Assembly (NCBI GenBank): GCA_021796415.1
Contig: JAJYJC010000003.1
Location: forward strand, 1-54,414
DNA: 54,414 nt
Source of the DNA: a bacterium
GTDB lineage: Bacteria > Patescibacteriota > CPR2 > UBA1875 > JAJYID01
Direction of reading: 5' to 3'
A model generated the notes under the pieces. The model was given only the letters and a program-made list of their open reading frames with translations. It made no database searches and was not told where the DNA came from. The stretch's first letter is position 1, and every line of letters starts with the position of its first letter. The position numbers were made by a program, and so were the translations under genes. Shown here one piece after another: positions 1-8,793 of the stretch.

Positions 1-214
1 CTGGCAAGCAGCGCTTCAATCCGATCTCTGTCTGTCTGTCCTAAGTGCTTGTACCTCATCCTTAAACTCCTTTCTAGCCCTTCAAATTCTACCTAGAAAA
101 AAGTTGCACTTCAAAAAGGAAAGCGGGGTGTATCTTTTGTGTAATTTCGCCACTCCTTTTATATTTCTTCAATTTCAAATTACAAACTACGTGAATTGGG
201 AAGGAGGAAGTATC

Positions 215-556
215 TTGAAGCTCAAAGTCGAAAGCGTTAAGGTTCTGAATGAGGGCGGCAAACCAACTGTGCAGGACAAGCGGCAGTTTATTGTGGATGT
301 GCGACCCAACGATGATGAGGCTCGCCTGGACGTTGTCAATTATACCTGCAAGCTCGACAAGGTGCGCAATGAGTCCGGAGGCGGAGCGATTTGCTACCAG
401 GATCCGGATGAGGGAAATATCGCCGTCCACCTCATGGAGGATCTGGTCAAGGGGGATGGCACTTCACAAATAATCGGGAAGCACGTCGTCTTCAATCTGG
501 TAAACGACGGCGTAATCAGAGCCGGCAAGATTATCGGGATTGCCAAGCCCGAATAA
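215..556 (+). CDS. Hypothetical protein (113 aa)
   Basis: Part of ORF 104..556; TTG at 215 follows strong SD GGAAGGAGG; hairpin terminator follows; no recognisable motif. Confidence 0.7.
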   Translation: MKLKVESVKVLNEGGKPTVQDKRQFIVDVRPNDDEARLDVVNYTCKLDKVRNESGGGAICYQDPDEGNIAVHLMEDLVKGDGTSQIIGKHVVFNLVNDGVIRAGKIIGIAKPE

Positions 557-575
557 GTATCTCACATTAACATCG

Positions 576-616
576 GCCCGCCTGGAGCAGCCCGCTCCGG
601 CGGGCTTGTTCTTTCT
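576..616 (+). terminator. Intrinsic terminator
   Basis: GCCCGCC(T)GGAGC..GCTCCGGCGGGC stem followed by TTGTTCTTTCT. Confidence 0.65.
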
Positions 617-647
617 CATAAATTAATGTTGTAACCTAAAAATCCTC

Positions 648-676
648 TTGACATGGGATAGCATTATCATTAGAAT
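648..676 (+). promoter_or_regulatory. Sigma70 promoter
   Basis: TTGACA-17 nt-TAGAAT upstream of the G5/Rpf-like gene. Confidence 0.75.
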
Positions 677-749
677 AGTCCGCGTACCTAAGCAGGATAT
701 ATAAAACCACAACTTTTTTGGATTCATCCTTCAAGTTGTGAACGGGTGA

Positions 750-2000
750 TTGGGCAAAAATAAAAACAAACCCTCTAGTCGTTTCTATTTCTTAAAGAGG
801 CAGGTATTTATTTTACTAGACAAGATTAAAGATTATCTCTTTAATTCTCATTTAAAAATCAATTCAGTATTCTCGCTCTTGGCATTTATGCCGCTTTTTG
901 CGGTCGCCTTTGCGGGTAGTACTACAACAAATGGCACGGTAGTAAATGGCATTCAGACGACTGTCAATGCTTTTTGCGATGGCAAGAAGATCAGTATTTT
1001 GACAAGAGCGGCAACCGTGGGCGAGGCTCTGGCGGGCAGCAAATGCGCCCTAGAAGGCAACGACATATCTAATCCTCCAAAGGACTCAAAGCTTGAAGGG
1101 GAGAGCATGGATGTGGGTGTTATAAGAGCGGTACCCGTAACCATTATCGACAATGGCAAGATTCGCATTGTAAACAGCGCTTACAGCGATTCCGGAGACA
1201 TTCTAAACCAAGTCGGCATCAAGATTTATCCGGAGGACAAAGTTTCCCAAGAGCTGATTTTATCTAATTTCAATAAAAACGGAATGGGCCAGGAGATCAT
1301 TATTCAACGGGCTCCGCATCTTAAAATATCCGTGGACGGAACGGTAAAGGATGTCCGATCATGGAAGAAAACGGTGGGCGAAGTTTTGGCTGAAAAATAC
1401 ATTGCGCTGTCTCCTCATGACGAAGTAACTCCCGCGCCATCTGCCAATATTACAAGCGGCATGGATATAACCGTCACGAGGGTTAATGAGAGCGATGAAG
1501 CGGAAGATCAGCCTATCCCATATGGCACAGACACGATCAAGGATCTCAATATGTACCAAGGCCAGTCGAAAGTGCAGACAGAGGGTACAAACGGCGTCCA
1601 AAGAAGTATCTATCACGTTATTTATAAAGATGGCGCAGTTGCTTCAAAAACTCTCACAAGCCAAACGGTAGTCACGCAGCCGCAAAACAAAGTTGTGGTT
1701 GAGGGCGAAAAGCCATACAATGCCGGAGACCTTTGGGGAATGATGGTGGAGGCCGGGCAAAAGTACGGTGTTGACCCGGGAGATATGCTTCATGTTATGT
1801 ATTGCGAAAGCGGCGGACGGGTGAACGCGGTAAACGGAGGCGGCTACAAAGGACTCTTCCAGTGGGACGGATCGTTCCACAAATGGACGGCTATTGCCGG
1901 AGTGCCGGATGATTACTTTAACCCTAGATCGCAAATTTTTGCCACAGCCGCAAGAGTGTCCGCAACGGGCGGCTGGAGAGCATGGCAGTGCAAACCGTAG
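750..2000 (+). CDS. RpfB/YabE-like protein: TM, DUF348 repeats, G5 domain, C-terminal lysozyme-like transglycosylase
   Basis: TVGEALA/TVGEVLA DUF348-like repeats, G5-like QTEGTNGVQRSIYHVIYKDG, catalytic-like CESGG..GLFQW..GWRAWQC; near rsmA/tatD/metG as for rpfB/yabE; start codon uncertain. Confidence 0.8.
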   Translation: MGKNKNKPSSRFYFLKRQVFILLDKIKDYLFNSHLKINSVFSLLAFMPLFAVAFAGSTTTNGTVVNGIQTTVNAFCDGKKISILTRAATVGEALAGSKCALEGNDISNPPKDSKLEGESMDVGVIRAVPVTIIDNGKIRIVNSAYSDSGDILNQVGIKIYPEDKVSQELILSNFNKNGMGQEIIIQRAPHLKISVDGTVKDVRSWKKTVGEVLAEKYIALSPHDEVTPAPSANITSGMDITVTRVNESDEAEDQPIPYGTDTIKDLNMYQGQSKVQTEGTNGVQRSIYHVIYKDGAVASKTLTSQTVVTQPQNKVVVEGEKPYNAGDLWGMMVEAGQKYGVDPGDMLHVMYCESGGRVNAVNGGGYKGLFQWDGSFHKWTAIAGVPDDYFNPRSQIFATAARVSATGGWRAWQCKP

Positions 2001-2004
2001 GACA

Positions 2005-2060
2005 GAAATCCTAAATTCTAATATCGAAATTCTAAACAAATTATAAATTCGAAATTCAAA
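2005..2060. repeat. Heptamer-period AT-rich repeat (left arm)
   Basis: AAATCCTAAATTCTAATATCGAAATTCTAAACAAATT; same family as 29891, 40181, 40590. Confidence 0.7.
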
Positions 2061-2066
2061 ACATGA

Positions 2067-2091
2067 GAAAAGCCGGCTGCGCCGGCTTTTC
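2067..2091. terminator. Bidirectional intrinsic terminator
   Basis: GAAAAGCCGGC-TGC-GCCGGCTTTTC between convergent genes. Confidence 0.8.
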
Positions 2092-2114
2092 TTGTAATCT
2101 TGTTATATTGTGGG

Positions 2115-2333
2115 TTAGCGCATCCAGCTGGGAACCTCTCCTATGACTCCGCCCACTTCTTCATTGGCGAGCATGCTCCAGCTTCGCATTTCATTGAGGT
2201 AAATATCGTCCAAAGGACCTGGGTGTTCTTTCTTGTACTGCTTTTGGATTTCCTGCGCGGTCTGGGTTGGCCGAAACTTGCCCTTTGGCCTTGCCGTGAT
2301 CTTGGCGATGTCCTCTTCTGTCAGTTCGCTCAT
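2115..2333 (-). CDS. Small protein (72 aa), MSELTEEDIAKITARPKGKF...
   Basis: SD GGAGGTG, ATG; last gene of a tightly packed 4-gene minus-strand operon. Confidence 0.7.
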   Translation of the reverse strand: MSELTEEDIAKITARPKGKFRPTQTAQEIQKQYKKEHPGPLDDIYLNEMRSWSMLANEEVGGVIGEVPSWMR

Positions 2334-2336
2334 TAT

Positions 2337-2486
2337 TCACCTCCTGGAATTTTTGGCGACAAAATAAGCCATTTGCAAGTCCGCCCTTTCTGCACCGCTG
2401 AGTCTGATCGGACCAGCCCTTCGCAGTGCTTCCTGCCATTCTTTTTCGAGCTTAGTTCTTTCACTTTCTGTCAGCCCCTTTGCCAT
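2337..2486 (-). CDS. Small protein (49 aa), MAKGLTESERTKL...
   Basis: ATG 1 nt after the upstream TGA; shares N-terminal LT(E/A)x motif with neighbours. Confidence 0.6.
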   Translation of the reverse strand: MAKGLTESERTKLEKEWQEALRRAGPIRLSGAERADLQMAYFVAKNSRR

Positions 2487-2487
2487 A

Positions 2488-2646
2488 TCAGCCCCATCCT
2501 CTTGCTTCGCGGAGGGCGAGTTTACGAATTTTGTCTTGGTCTTTCTGAACGAGAGACATAATCTCATCTACAGACTTGTCTCTCTGAAACCTGCCCTTAC
2601 GTTTTCTGGTGATTTTGACGATTTGTTCCGCTGTAAGCGCCATCAT
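2488..2646 (-). CDS. Small protein (52 aa), MMALTAEQIVKITRKRKGRF...
   Basis: SD AGGAG before ATG; similar to 2115..2333 (KITxRxKG[KR]F). Confidence 0.65.
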   Translation of the reverse strand: MMALTAEQIVKITRKRKGRFQRDKSVDEIMSLVQKDQDKIRKLALREARGWG

Positions 2647-2666
2647 AGCTCTCCTAACGGTAGATT

Positions 2667-2837
2667 TTAAAGCCTTTTTATGGCCCAAGGCTGGGATTCC
2701 GGATCGAAGAGCCCGCGTCCTTCATCAAATGCAGCGGACGCCTCGACCATTTCCTGGGCGGCCTTAGGACAGTGTTCGATAACCCTTACACTTGCCGACA
2801 TTTTCAGGAAATCCTCCTCTGTCAATTTCTCTGCCAT
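2667..2837 (-). CDS. Small protein (56 aa), MAEKLTEEDFLKM...
   Basis: SD AAGGAG before ATG at 2837; promoter upstream. Confidence 0.65.
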   Translation of the reverse strand: MAEKLTEEDFLKMSASVRVIEHCPKAAQEMVEASAAFDEGRGLFDPESQPWAIKRL

Positions 2838-2883
2838 CACGACTCCTTTGCCGATTTTTTTGTCAAGATTACAAGTCGCTTTT

Positions 2884-2912
2884 ATTCTAATTTTATTTAA
2901 ATAAAAAAGCAA
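2884..2912 (-). promoter_or_regulatory. Sigma70 promoter for the microprotein operon
   Basis: TTGCTT-17 nt-TAGAAT on the minus strand. Confidence 0.6.
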
Positions 2913-2919
2913 ACAGGCG

Positions 2920-2947
2920 CAGTCCACTAAACCAGTTTAGTGGACTG
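2920..2947. repeat. Perfect palindrome (operator or hairpin)
   Basis: CAGTCCACTAAA-CCAG-TTTAGTGGACTG. Confidence 0.7.
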
Positions 2948-2979
2948 AAAAAAATTAATCATTGTTTTGGTTCTGGTTT

Positions 2980-3260
2980 GTCATTCTGGCCTGCCTGCCG
3001 GCAAGGCGGGCTTGGCCAGAATCTATATTAAGGTTTTCTGGGATGAGGCGGCTATATCCACCTTTGTTTTATGCTCAATCCCACACCCGGTGTGGGATTG
3101 AGCATCCGGAATCTATACCAGAAAATCTGAGTTCTAAAGTCAATTTCGAAATGGCAAAGGGCAAGGGATTCCGGGCAAGCCAGGATGACACGTTTAGCAA
3201 GTTTGGAATTGAATGTTGAAGTTTGATTGGAAATTGTAAATTAGAAATTGAGAATTGAAT
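2980..3260. repeat. Composite repeat cluster (GTCAT/ATGAC REP-like + 20-bp module + CCCACACC palindrome + heptamer arm)
   Basis: GTCATTCTGG..CCAGAATC (2980-3023), ATGCTCAATCCCACACC-C-GGTGTGGGATTGAGCAT (3071-3105), GATTCCGGGCAAGCCAGGATGAC (3167-3189), TTAGAAATTGAGAATTG. Confidence 0.8.
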
Positions 3261-3334
3261 CGCGGCCAAAGTAATTAAAGTAGCTAAACGGCATAAAACA
3301 AGCTATAATCAAAGAGCATTCTAAAAAGAAAACC

Positions 3335-4210
3335 ATGGATTTGACAAACATATTGGAATTAAAAAAATTGATGCGGACATATGGTGCCTGGCCCAATAAA
3401 GATTTGGGGCAGCATTTTTTGACCGACAAAAATGTCCTGGAAAAAATAGTCGAAACAGCCGAAGTGGATAAAAGGGACGTGGTGGTTGAGGTCGGGCCGG
3501 GGCTGGGAATTCTTACAAAGGAACTGTCGAAAAACGCAAAAAAGGTTTATGCCATTGAAATAGATCCTAAAATTGCCGAAATTCTCTCGACTAACTGTAT
3601 CAGCTGCAGGAATCTGGAAATTATAAGAGATGACGTACGGAAGTTTAATCCTCAAGGCATCGGCAGATACAAAGTTGTGGCAAATCTGCCATATTACATA
3701 ACCTCGCATGTCATTAGAAAGTTTCTGGAGGCAAAAAACAAGCCGCAAACTTTGACTGTTTTGATACAGCGGGAAGTAGCCGAGAGAATCTGCGCCAAGC
3801 CCGGCAGGATGAGTGTGCTGGCGGTTGCGGTTCAGTTCTACGGGGTGCCGGAAATCGCAGACCTAGTGTCTCCAATGGCTTTTTTCCCTTCGCCAAAGGT
3901 CTACTCTGCAATTTTGAAAATACGGGTATTTAAGGAGCCGCTATTTGAGGATGTTGACAGAAACATATTCTTCAGGCTTGTGAAGGCGGGCTTTAGCGAA
4001 AAAAGGAAGATGATCTCAAATTCAATTTCCGGCAGCCTGGGCATTGAAAAGAAACCCGTTGAAAAGTTGTTGGAAAGAGCAGGGGTTGATCCAACCTTGC
4101 GGCCGGAGAGATTGACCCTTGACGACTGGCATAGAATATATTTAGTATTTACAAAATATTTAAATTTGGAAACGGTTTATGGAAAGAGCGAAGATAAAAG
4201 TGACTGGTGA
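3335..4210 (+). CDS. rsmA: 16S rRNA m6,2A dimethyltransferase RsmA/KsgA
   Basis: LGQHFL, VEVGPGLG, VANLPYYIT, FFPSPKVYSA, RPERL motifs. Confidence 0.97.
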   Translation: MDLTNILELKKLMRTYGAWPNKDLGQHFLTDKNVLEKIVETAEVDKRDVVVEVGPGLGILTKELSKNAKKVYAIEIDPKIAEILSTNCISCRNLEIIRDDVRKFNPQGIGRYKVVANLPYYITSHVIRKFLEAKNKPQTLTVLIQREVAERICAKPGRMSVLAVAVQFYGVPEIADLVSPMAFFPSPKVYSAILKIRVFKEPLFEDVDRNIFFRLVKAGFSEKRKMISNSISGSLGIEKKPVEKLLERAGVDPTLRPERLTLDDWHRIYLVFTKYLNLETVYGKSEDKSDW

Positions 4211-4448
4211 TGTCCAGGGAGTATACTATCGGTTCAGCGCCAAGATGAAGGCAGAAGAGTTGGGCCTGACGGGTTTTGCTGAAAATGAATCCGACGATAG
4301 CGTATTGGTGGTCGTGGAAGGCGAAGCAGAGAAAATAAAGGCCTTTTTAAGATGGCTTGAGGTCGGTCCGCCGATGGCCGAGGTGGAAAACCTGGAAATT
4401 ACAAAAGAAAAGTATTCCGGCGAATATAAAGAATTCGAGGTCAGATAA
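4179..4448 (+). CDS. acyP: Acylphosphatase
   Basis: VTGDVQGVYYR..LGLTGFAEN..GPPMAEV. Confidence 0.93.
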   Translation: MERAKIKVTGDVQGVYYRFSAKMKAEELGLTGFAENESDDSVLVVVEGEAEKIKAFLRWLEVGPPMAEVENLEITKEKYSGEYKEFEVR

Positions 4449-5278
4449 TGCTCTATATCGTGTCAACGCCGATTGGCAACCTGGAAGACATTACCTTGAG
4501 AGCAATTGAAATTTTGAAGAGTGCCGATGTCATTGCCTGCGAAGATACCCGCCATACAAAGATATTGCTTGATAAATATGGGATTGGCGAGAAGCATTGT
4601 AAGGATATTAACGTCGTTTGTCATTCCGACTGCCGCCACGCTAGTGGAAAGCGGAGGAATCCCTTAACAATGAGGGCAGAAAATGATTGTAATTATAATA
4701 AGGAAAAGGGATTCCTCGACTCGTCTCTCCGAGAAGTCGCTCGGAATGACAGAGAGGGGAACCCTATCAAACTTATCAGCTATCATCAGCATTCAGGGTT
4801 GGTAAAAACCGAAAAAATTATCAGCATGTTGAAAGAAGGTAAAAATGTGGCTCTTGTGACGGATGCAGGAACGCCAGGCATCTCTGATCCGGGCAGTAAA
4901 CTGATCGCTGAAGCGATTACAAGTGACATTGAGGTCACAGCAGTTCCGGGTCCAGCCGCATTTGTATCTGCATTATCGGTTTCGGGCTTTGACACTTCTG
5001 AGTTTGTATATGCAGGATTTCTTCCCCACAAAAAGGGAAGGCAGACAAAGCTTAAAGAAATTGCCGCCGAAAAAAGGACAATCGTTTTATATGAATCAGT
5101 GCACCGGATAAAAAAATTACTCGGAGAATTAGCGGAGATTATACCAGATAGGGAGGTTTGTGTTTGCCGGGAGTTGACCAAAAAATTTGAAGAAATTTAC
5201 CGTGGGACAGCAAGTGAAATATTAGATAAAATCATCGAAAAGGGCGAATTTGTGGTAGTTATAAAGGAGACGAGATGA
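4448..5278 (+). CDS. rsmI: 16S rRNA C1402 2'-O-methyltransferase RsmI with a ~55-aa repeat-derived in-frame insert
   Basis: LYIVSTPIGNLEDIT, CEDTRHT, DAGTPGISDPG, VCRELTKKFEE; paired REP-like elements at 4620-4750. Confidence 0.96.
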   Translation: MLYIVSTPIGNLEDITLRAIEILKSADVIACEDTRHTKILLDKYGIGEKHCKDINVVCHSDCRHASGKRRNPLTMRAENDCNYNKEKGFLDSSLREVARNDREGNPIKLISYHQHSGLVKTEKIISMLKEGKNVALVTDAGTPGISDPGSKLIAEAITSDIEVTAVPGPAAFVSALSVSGFDTSEFVYAGFLPHKKGRQTKLKEIAAEKRTIVLYESVHRIKKLLGELAEIIPDREVCVCRELTKKFEEIYRGTASEILDKIIEKGEFVVVIKETR

Positions 5279-5889
5279 TAAAAACAATAATTTTTGACAA
5301 TAATGGAGTCTTGACAACTAGTTGTGAAGAGGGTGCTTTGAAGGGTTTAATTGATTATCTCGGGGTTAGCGAAGAGCAGTTTTTACCTGTTTGGAATCGC
5401 GAGGCTGAGGCTGTTGATGAGGGTAAAATCAAAACTGAGAAATTTCTGCAAAATGTAGTTAATGATTTAAAACTATCAAAAGATCTTGGCAAATGCCAAA
5501 GATACTATTGGGACAGTTACGAGCCCAAGCCGGAGGTAAGGGAGTTTGCAAAGAATCTTAAGAAGAAGTTTGAGATAGCGTTTTTGACCAACTTTGGAGA
5601 TCATTTCTGGGTGTTTAACAAAAAATGGAAACTTGATCAAATATTCGATCGGGATAAAATGTTTGTTTCGGCAGATTTGAAAATGGCAAAGCCGCACTCG
5701 GATATTTACTTTGCAGTTCTCAAAAAACTAGGCAGAAAACCCGAGGAGGTCGTTTTTATTGATGACAAGAAAGAAAATGTAGATACAGCTGAGGAGATTG
5801 GCATGCATGGGGTTCAATTTAAATCCCTTGAACAGGTAGAAAAGGATCTTGAAAATATTTTGGAGCACCAACCATCCATGTTATCTTGA
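5275..5889 (+). CDS. HAD-superfamily phosphatase
   Basis: IIFDNNGVL motif I, KPHSDIY motif III, FIDDKKENV motif IV. Confidence 0.88.
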   Translation: MIKTIIFDNNGVLTTSCEEGALKGLIDYLGVSEEQFLPVWNREAEAVDEGKIKTEKFLQNVVNDLKLSKDLGKCQRYYWDSYEPKPEVREFAKNLKKKFEIAFLTNFGDHFWVFNKKWKLDQIFDRDKMFVSADLKMAKPHSDIYFAVLKKLGRKPEEVVFIDDKKENVDTAEEIGMHGVQFKSLEQVEKDLENILEHQPSMLS

Positions 5890-5896
5890 TTTTTTT

Positions 5897-5978
5897 GTCA
5901 TTCCCGCGCAGACGGGAATCCAGACATTAATATAGATTCCCGCCTGCGCGGGAATGACAAATGATGGGTAGGAATGAC
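5897..5978. repeat. REP-like doublet (dRS3/RPE-like, CGTC family)
   Basis: GTCATTCCCGCGCAGACGGGAATCCAG ... AGATTCCCGCCTGCGCGGGAATGAC ... GGAATGAC. Confidence 0.85.
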
Positions 5979-6009
5979 AATTCGTGCAAAATCGTGCTAA
6001 AATACAGTT

Positions 6010-7560
6010 ATGTCTAAAAAGTTTTACATAGACACTTCTATACCCTATGCAAACAGTGCTCCTCATATGGGCTCGGCGCTTGACCCGCTATATGGCGATG
6101 TTTTAGCCAGATATTACCGGGCAAGCGGCTATGATGTCTTTTTTTTGGTTGGGCTTGATGAAAACGGCCAAAAGGTATATCACAAGGCAAAGTGCGAAGG
6201 CATCACGCCGGAGAAATGGACCGAAGGCATCCGAAAAAAATTCTTAAGCTTCCATGAAAAGCTAAACGACACACCAGATAATTTCATCAGAACTAGTGAT
6301 AAGAAAAATCACTGGCCGACGGCACAAGAGATTTGGAAACGTGCTGAGAAAGCCGGAGATATTTACAAGAAAAACTACAAAGGTCTTTACTGTGTTGGGT
6401 GTGAAGAATTTAAAATTGAGAGGGACCTAGTTGACGGTAAATGCCCGGATCACCTAACCAAACCGGAGGAGATCGAAGAGGAGAACTATTTTTTTAAACT
6501 TTCTAAATACCAAAAGTTTTTATTGGATTTATTTGATAAAAATCCGGATTTTGTCTATCCAAAAAATAAATACAATGAAGCATACCAGATTATCAAAGGC
6601 GGACTAGAGGATGTCAGCATTTCGCGGCCAAAGGAGAGGCTCCCTTGGGGCGTGCCGGTTCCCGGTGATGATTCGCACGTGATGTATGTCTGGTTCGATG
6701 CGCTGACAAATTACTTATCCGGCATCGGATTCACTTCTGATAAGAAGAAATTCAAAAAGTATTGGCCGACCGATATAAACATTGTAGGCAAGGATAATAA
6801 CAAATGGCATTCTATTCTTTGGCCGGCGATCCTTAAATCGGCCGGACTCGAACTGCCGAAGAAAAACTTCATTCACGGCTATGTGCTTGGCAAGGGTAAT
6901 ATCAAGATGTCAAAAACCATCGGCAATGTCGTCGATCCGGTTGAAATGATTGATAAATACGGATCGGATGCTTTCCGGTATTATCTCTTGGCTAAAATTC
7001 CCGTTGATTCCGACGGGGCATTTGACGAAGATCACTTTCGGGAAGTTTATAACGGCGAATTGGCGGGCGGATTAGGCAATCTTTTCTCAAGGACTCTGAC
7101 AATGATTGATAAATATTTAGACGGAAAAATCCCCGAGGTAAAAAAAGACATTGATACACATGAACTTAGAACCGGCAAAGGCATTTATACTTGGAAAGAT
7201 GCTTATAAAGAGGCGGAAAATGCGATTCTCGGTTTGGATTTCCAAAGAAAAATTGAAACAATCAATAAATTTATCAAAACGGCCGATAAATATATTGAGG
7301 ACAAAAAACCGTGGCAGCTGGCTAAAGAAGGGAAGGGGGAGGAATTAGCTTGGGTTTTGTATGGTCTAGCCGATTCATTGCATCAAATCGCCTGGATGAT
7401 TTATCCGATAATGCCGGAAGCGTCAAAGAAAATGGCCGAGGCGCTCCAAATTCAAGGGTTATTAAAAGAAAATCCTCAGTCTAAAGATTCTTGGACAAAC
7501 TTAAAGCCCGGCACAAAGATTAAAAAACCGGAACCTTTGTTCCCAAGGTTAGAAAAGTAG
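6010..7560 (+). CDS. metG: Methionine--tRNA ligase (short form)
   Basis: IPYANSAPHMG (HIGH variant), GLDENGQK, one CxxC knuckle, YVWFDAL, KMSKT. Confidence 0.95.
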   Translation: MSKKFYIDTSIPYANSAPHMGSALDPLYGDVLARYYRASGYDVFFLVGLDENGQKVYHKAKCEGITPEKWTEGIRKKFLSFHEKLNDTPDNFIRTSDKKNHWPTAQEIWKRAEKAGDIYKKNYKGLYCVGCEEFKIERDLVDGKCPDHLTKPEEIEEENYFFKLSKYQKFLLDLFDKNPDFVYPKNKYNEAYQIIKGGLEDVSISRPKERLPWGVPVPGDDSHVMYVWFDALTNYLSGIGFTSDKKKFKKYWPTDINIVGKDNNKWHSILWPAILKSAGLELPKKNFIHGYVLGKGNIKMSKTIGNVVDPVEMIDKYGSDAFRYYLLAKIPVDSDGAFDEDHFREVYNGELAGGLGNLFSRTLTMIDKYLDGKIPEVKKDIDTHELRTGKGIYTWKDAYKEAENAILGLDFQRKIETINKFIKTADKYIEDKKPWQLAKEGKGEELAWVLYGLADSLHQIAWMIYPIMPEASKKMAEALQIQGLLKENPQSKDSWTNLKPGTKIKKPEPLFPRLEK

Positions 7561-7578
7561 AGAATTAGGAGGGTTTGG

Positions 7579-8793
7579 ATGAAACATCAGGCTCATCACA
7601 TATATGCCGGCCTTAAGGACAAAAACTTGCGAGAAGTGTATCTTGCCATGAGCCTCAGGACGATGGCCCTTTCACTGATCATGGTTTTTGTGCCTATTTA
7701 TTTATATAACCTGGGATACGGTTTAACTGGAGTCTTAAGCTATTATCTCTTTGTCAGCATATTCTATATGCTGGGGGATTATGCTACAGGAAAAATGGTT
7801 GCCAGGTTTGGCCCGAAAAGTATATTAGCCATTAGTTTTCCTTTAATGATTATAAATTTCATTTTTCTCCTTACGCTTCCTGCATATCACTGGCCTTTAT
7901 ACCTGCTTGCACTCTCATATACGATTCCGGGGAACCTTTTTTGGATTCCTTATCATAATGATTTTTCCAAGGCTAAAAAATCTGGCAATGTTGGTGAAGA
8001 AATCGGGGTAATGAAGATTTTGACCACTCTGCTAGGGGCTTTAGGACCTTTGATAGGGGGCATCATTGCCGGAGAGTTTGGAATACAGTACACGATAGGT
8101 TTGACAATTTTCGTTTTGGTCATCGGAACTTTCCCTATATTAAAAACACCCAAGGTGGTAGGCCGGCAAAGAAAGTTCGACATGAGAACCTTCTCTATAA
8201 AAGATAATTGGCAGGATATTATTGCTTATGGGGGTTATGGACTTGAAGAAATTACTTCCCAGGCTATATGGCCGCTTTTTATATTTCTGATAGTTGGCAC
8301 TTACAGAGAAGTTGGCTTCATAACGACCTTGGCCTTAGTCGTGGCTATTCTTGTAACTGTCTTAACCGGAAAGGTAACGGATAAATATGAGAAAAGGAAA
8401 GTGCTCAGATTTGGTGGCATAGTGAACTGTTCAAGCGGATTTGCAAAGGCCGTTGTTACAGGTGTTGCTGGCGCATATCTAGTCAGCACCTTTGCATCGG
8501 TGGCGCAAATATTTTTGCAAATTCCATTTCTTTCTGAATACTATCTTCACGCAGACAGAGAGGCGAGAACAGAGTACATTGTTGGTATGGAGGCGTTTAC
8601 TGATCTAGTAAGGGCTCTTGGTATAGTTTTTCTGATTGTGTTGGCATACATTGTAAACCTCAAAACTGTATTAGTGATTGGTCTTTTGATGGGGGCTTTC
8701 GGTTCTCTGCTAGTTACTTTTATCTCAAGAAACGATAGAAAAGAAGCAGGAAAAATTAAGGTGTATAGGGGAATTGCAAAGGCAAGGACATGA
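7579..8793 (+). CDS. MFS transporter
   Basis: About 12 hydrophobic segments, GKVTDKYEKRK MFS loop; paralog of the next gene. Confidence 0.82.
   Translation: MKHQAHHIYAGLKDKNLREVYLAMSLRTMALSLIMVFVPIYLYNLGYGLTGVLSYYLFVSIFYMLGDYATGKMVARFGPKSILAISFPLMIINFIFLLTLPAYHWPLYLLALSYTIPGNLFWIPYHNDFSKAKKSGNVGEEIGVMKILTTLLGALGPLIGGIIAGEFGIQYTIGLTIFVLVIGTFPILKTPKVVGRQRKFDMRTFSIKDNWQDIIAYGGYGLEEITSQAIWPLFIFLIVGTYREVGFITTLALVVAILVTVLTGKVTDKYEKRKVLRFGGIVNCSSGFAKAVVTGVAGAYLVSTFASVAQIFLQIPFLSEYYLHADREARTEYIVGMEAFTDLVRALGIVFLIVLAYIVNLKTVLVIGLLMGAFGSLLVTFISRNDRKEAGKIKVYRGIAKART

Noticed and set aside
2100-2561. 153-aa plus-strand ORF
   Set aside because: Antisense shadow of the four-gene microprotein operon, which has the promoter, SD sites and tight spacing.
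6040-6085. MetRS HIGH motif reading HMGS as an inactive enzyme
   Set aside because: Variation at this motif is common in class I synthetases and all other MetRS motifs are intact.
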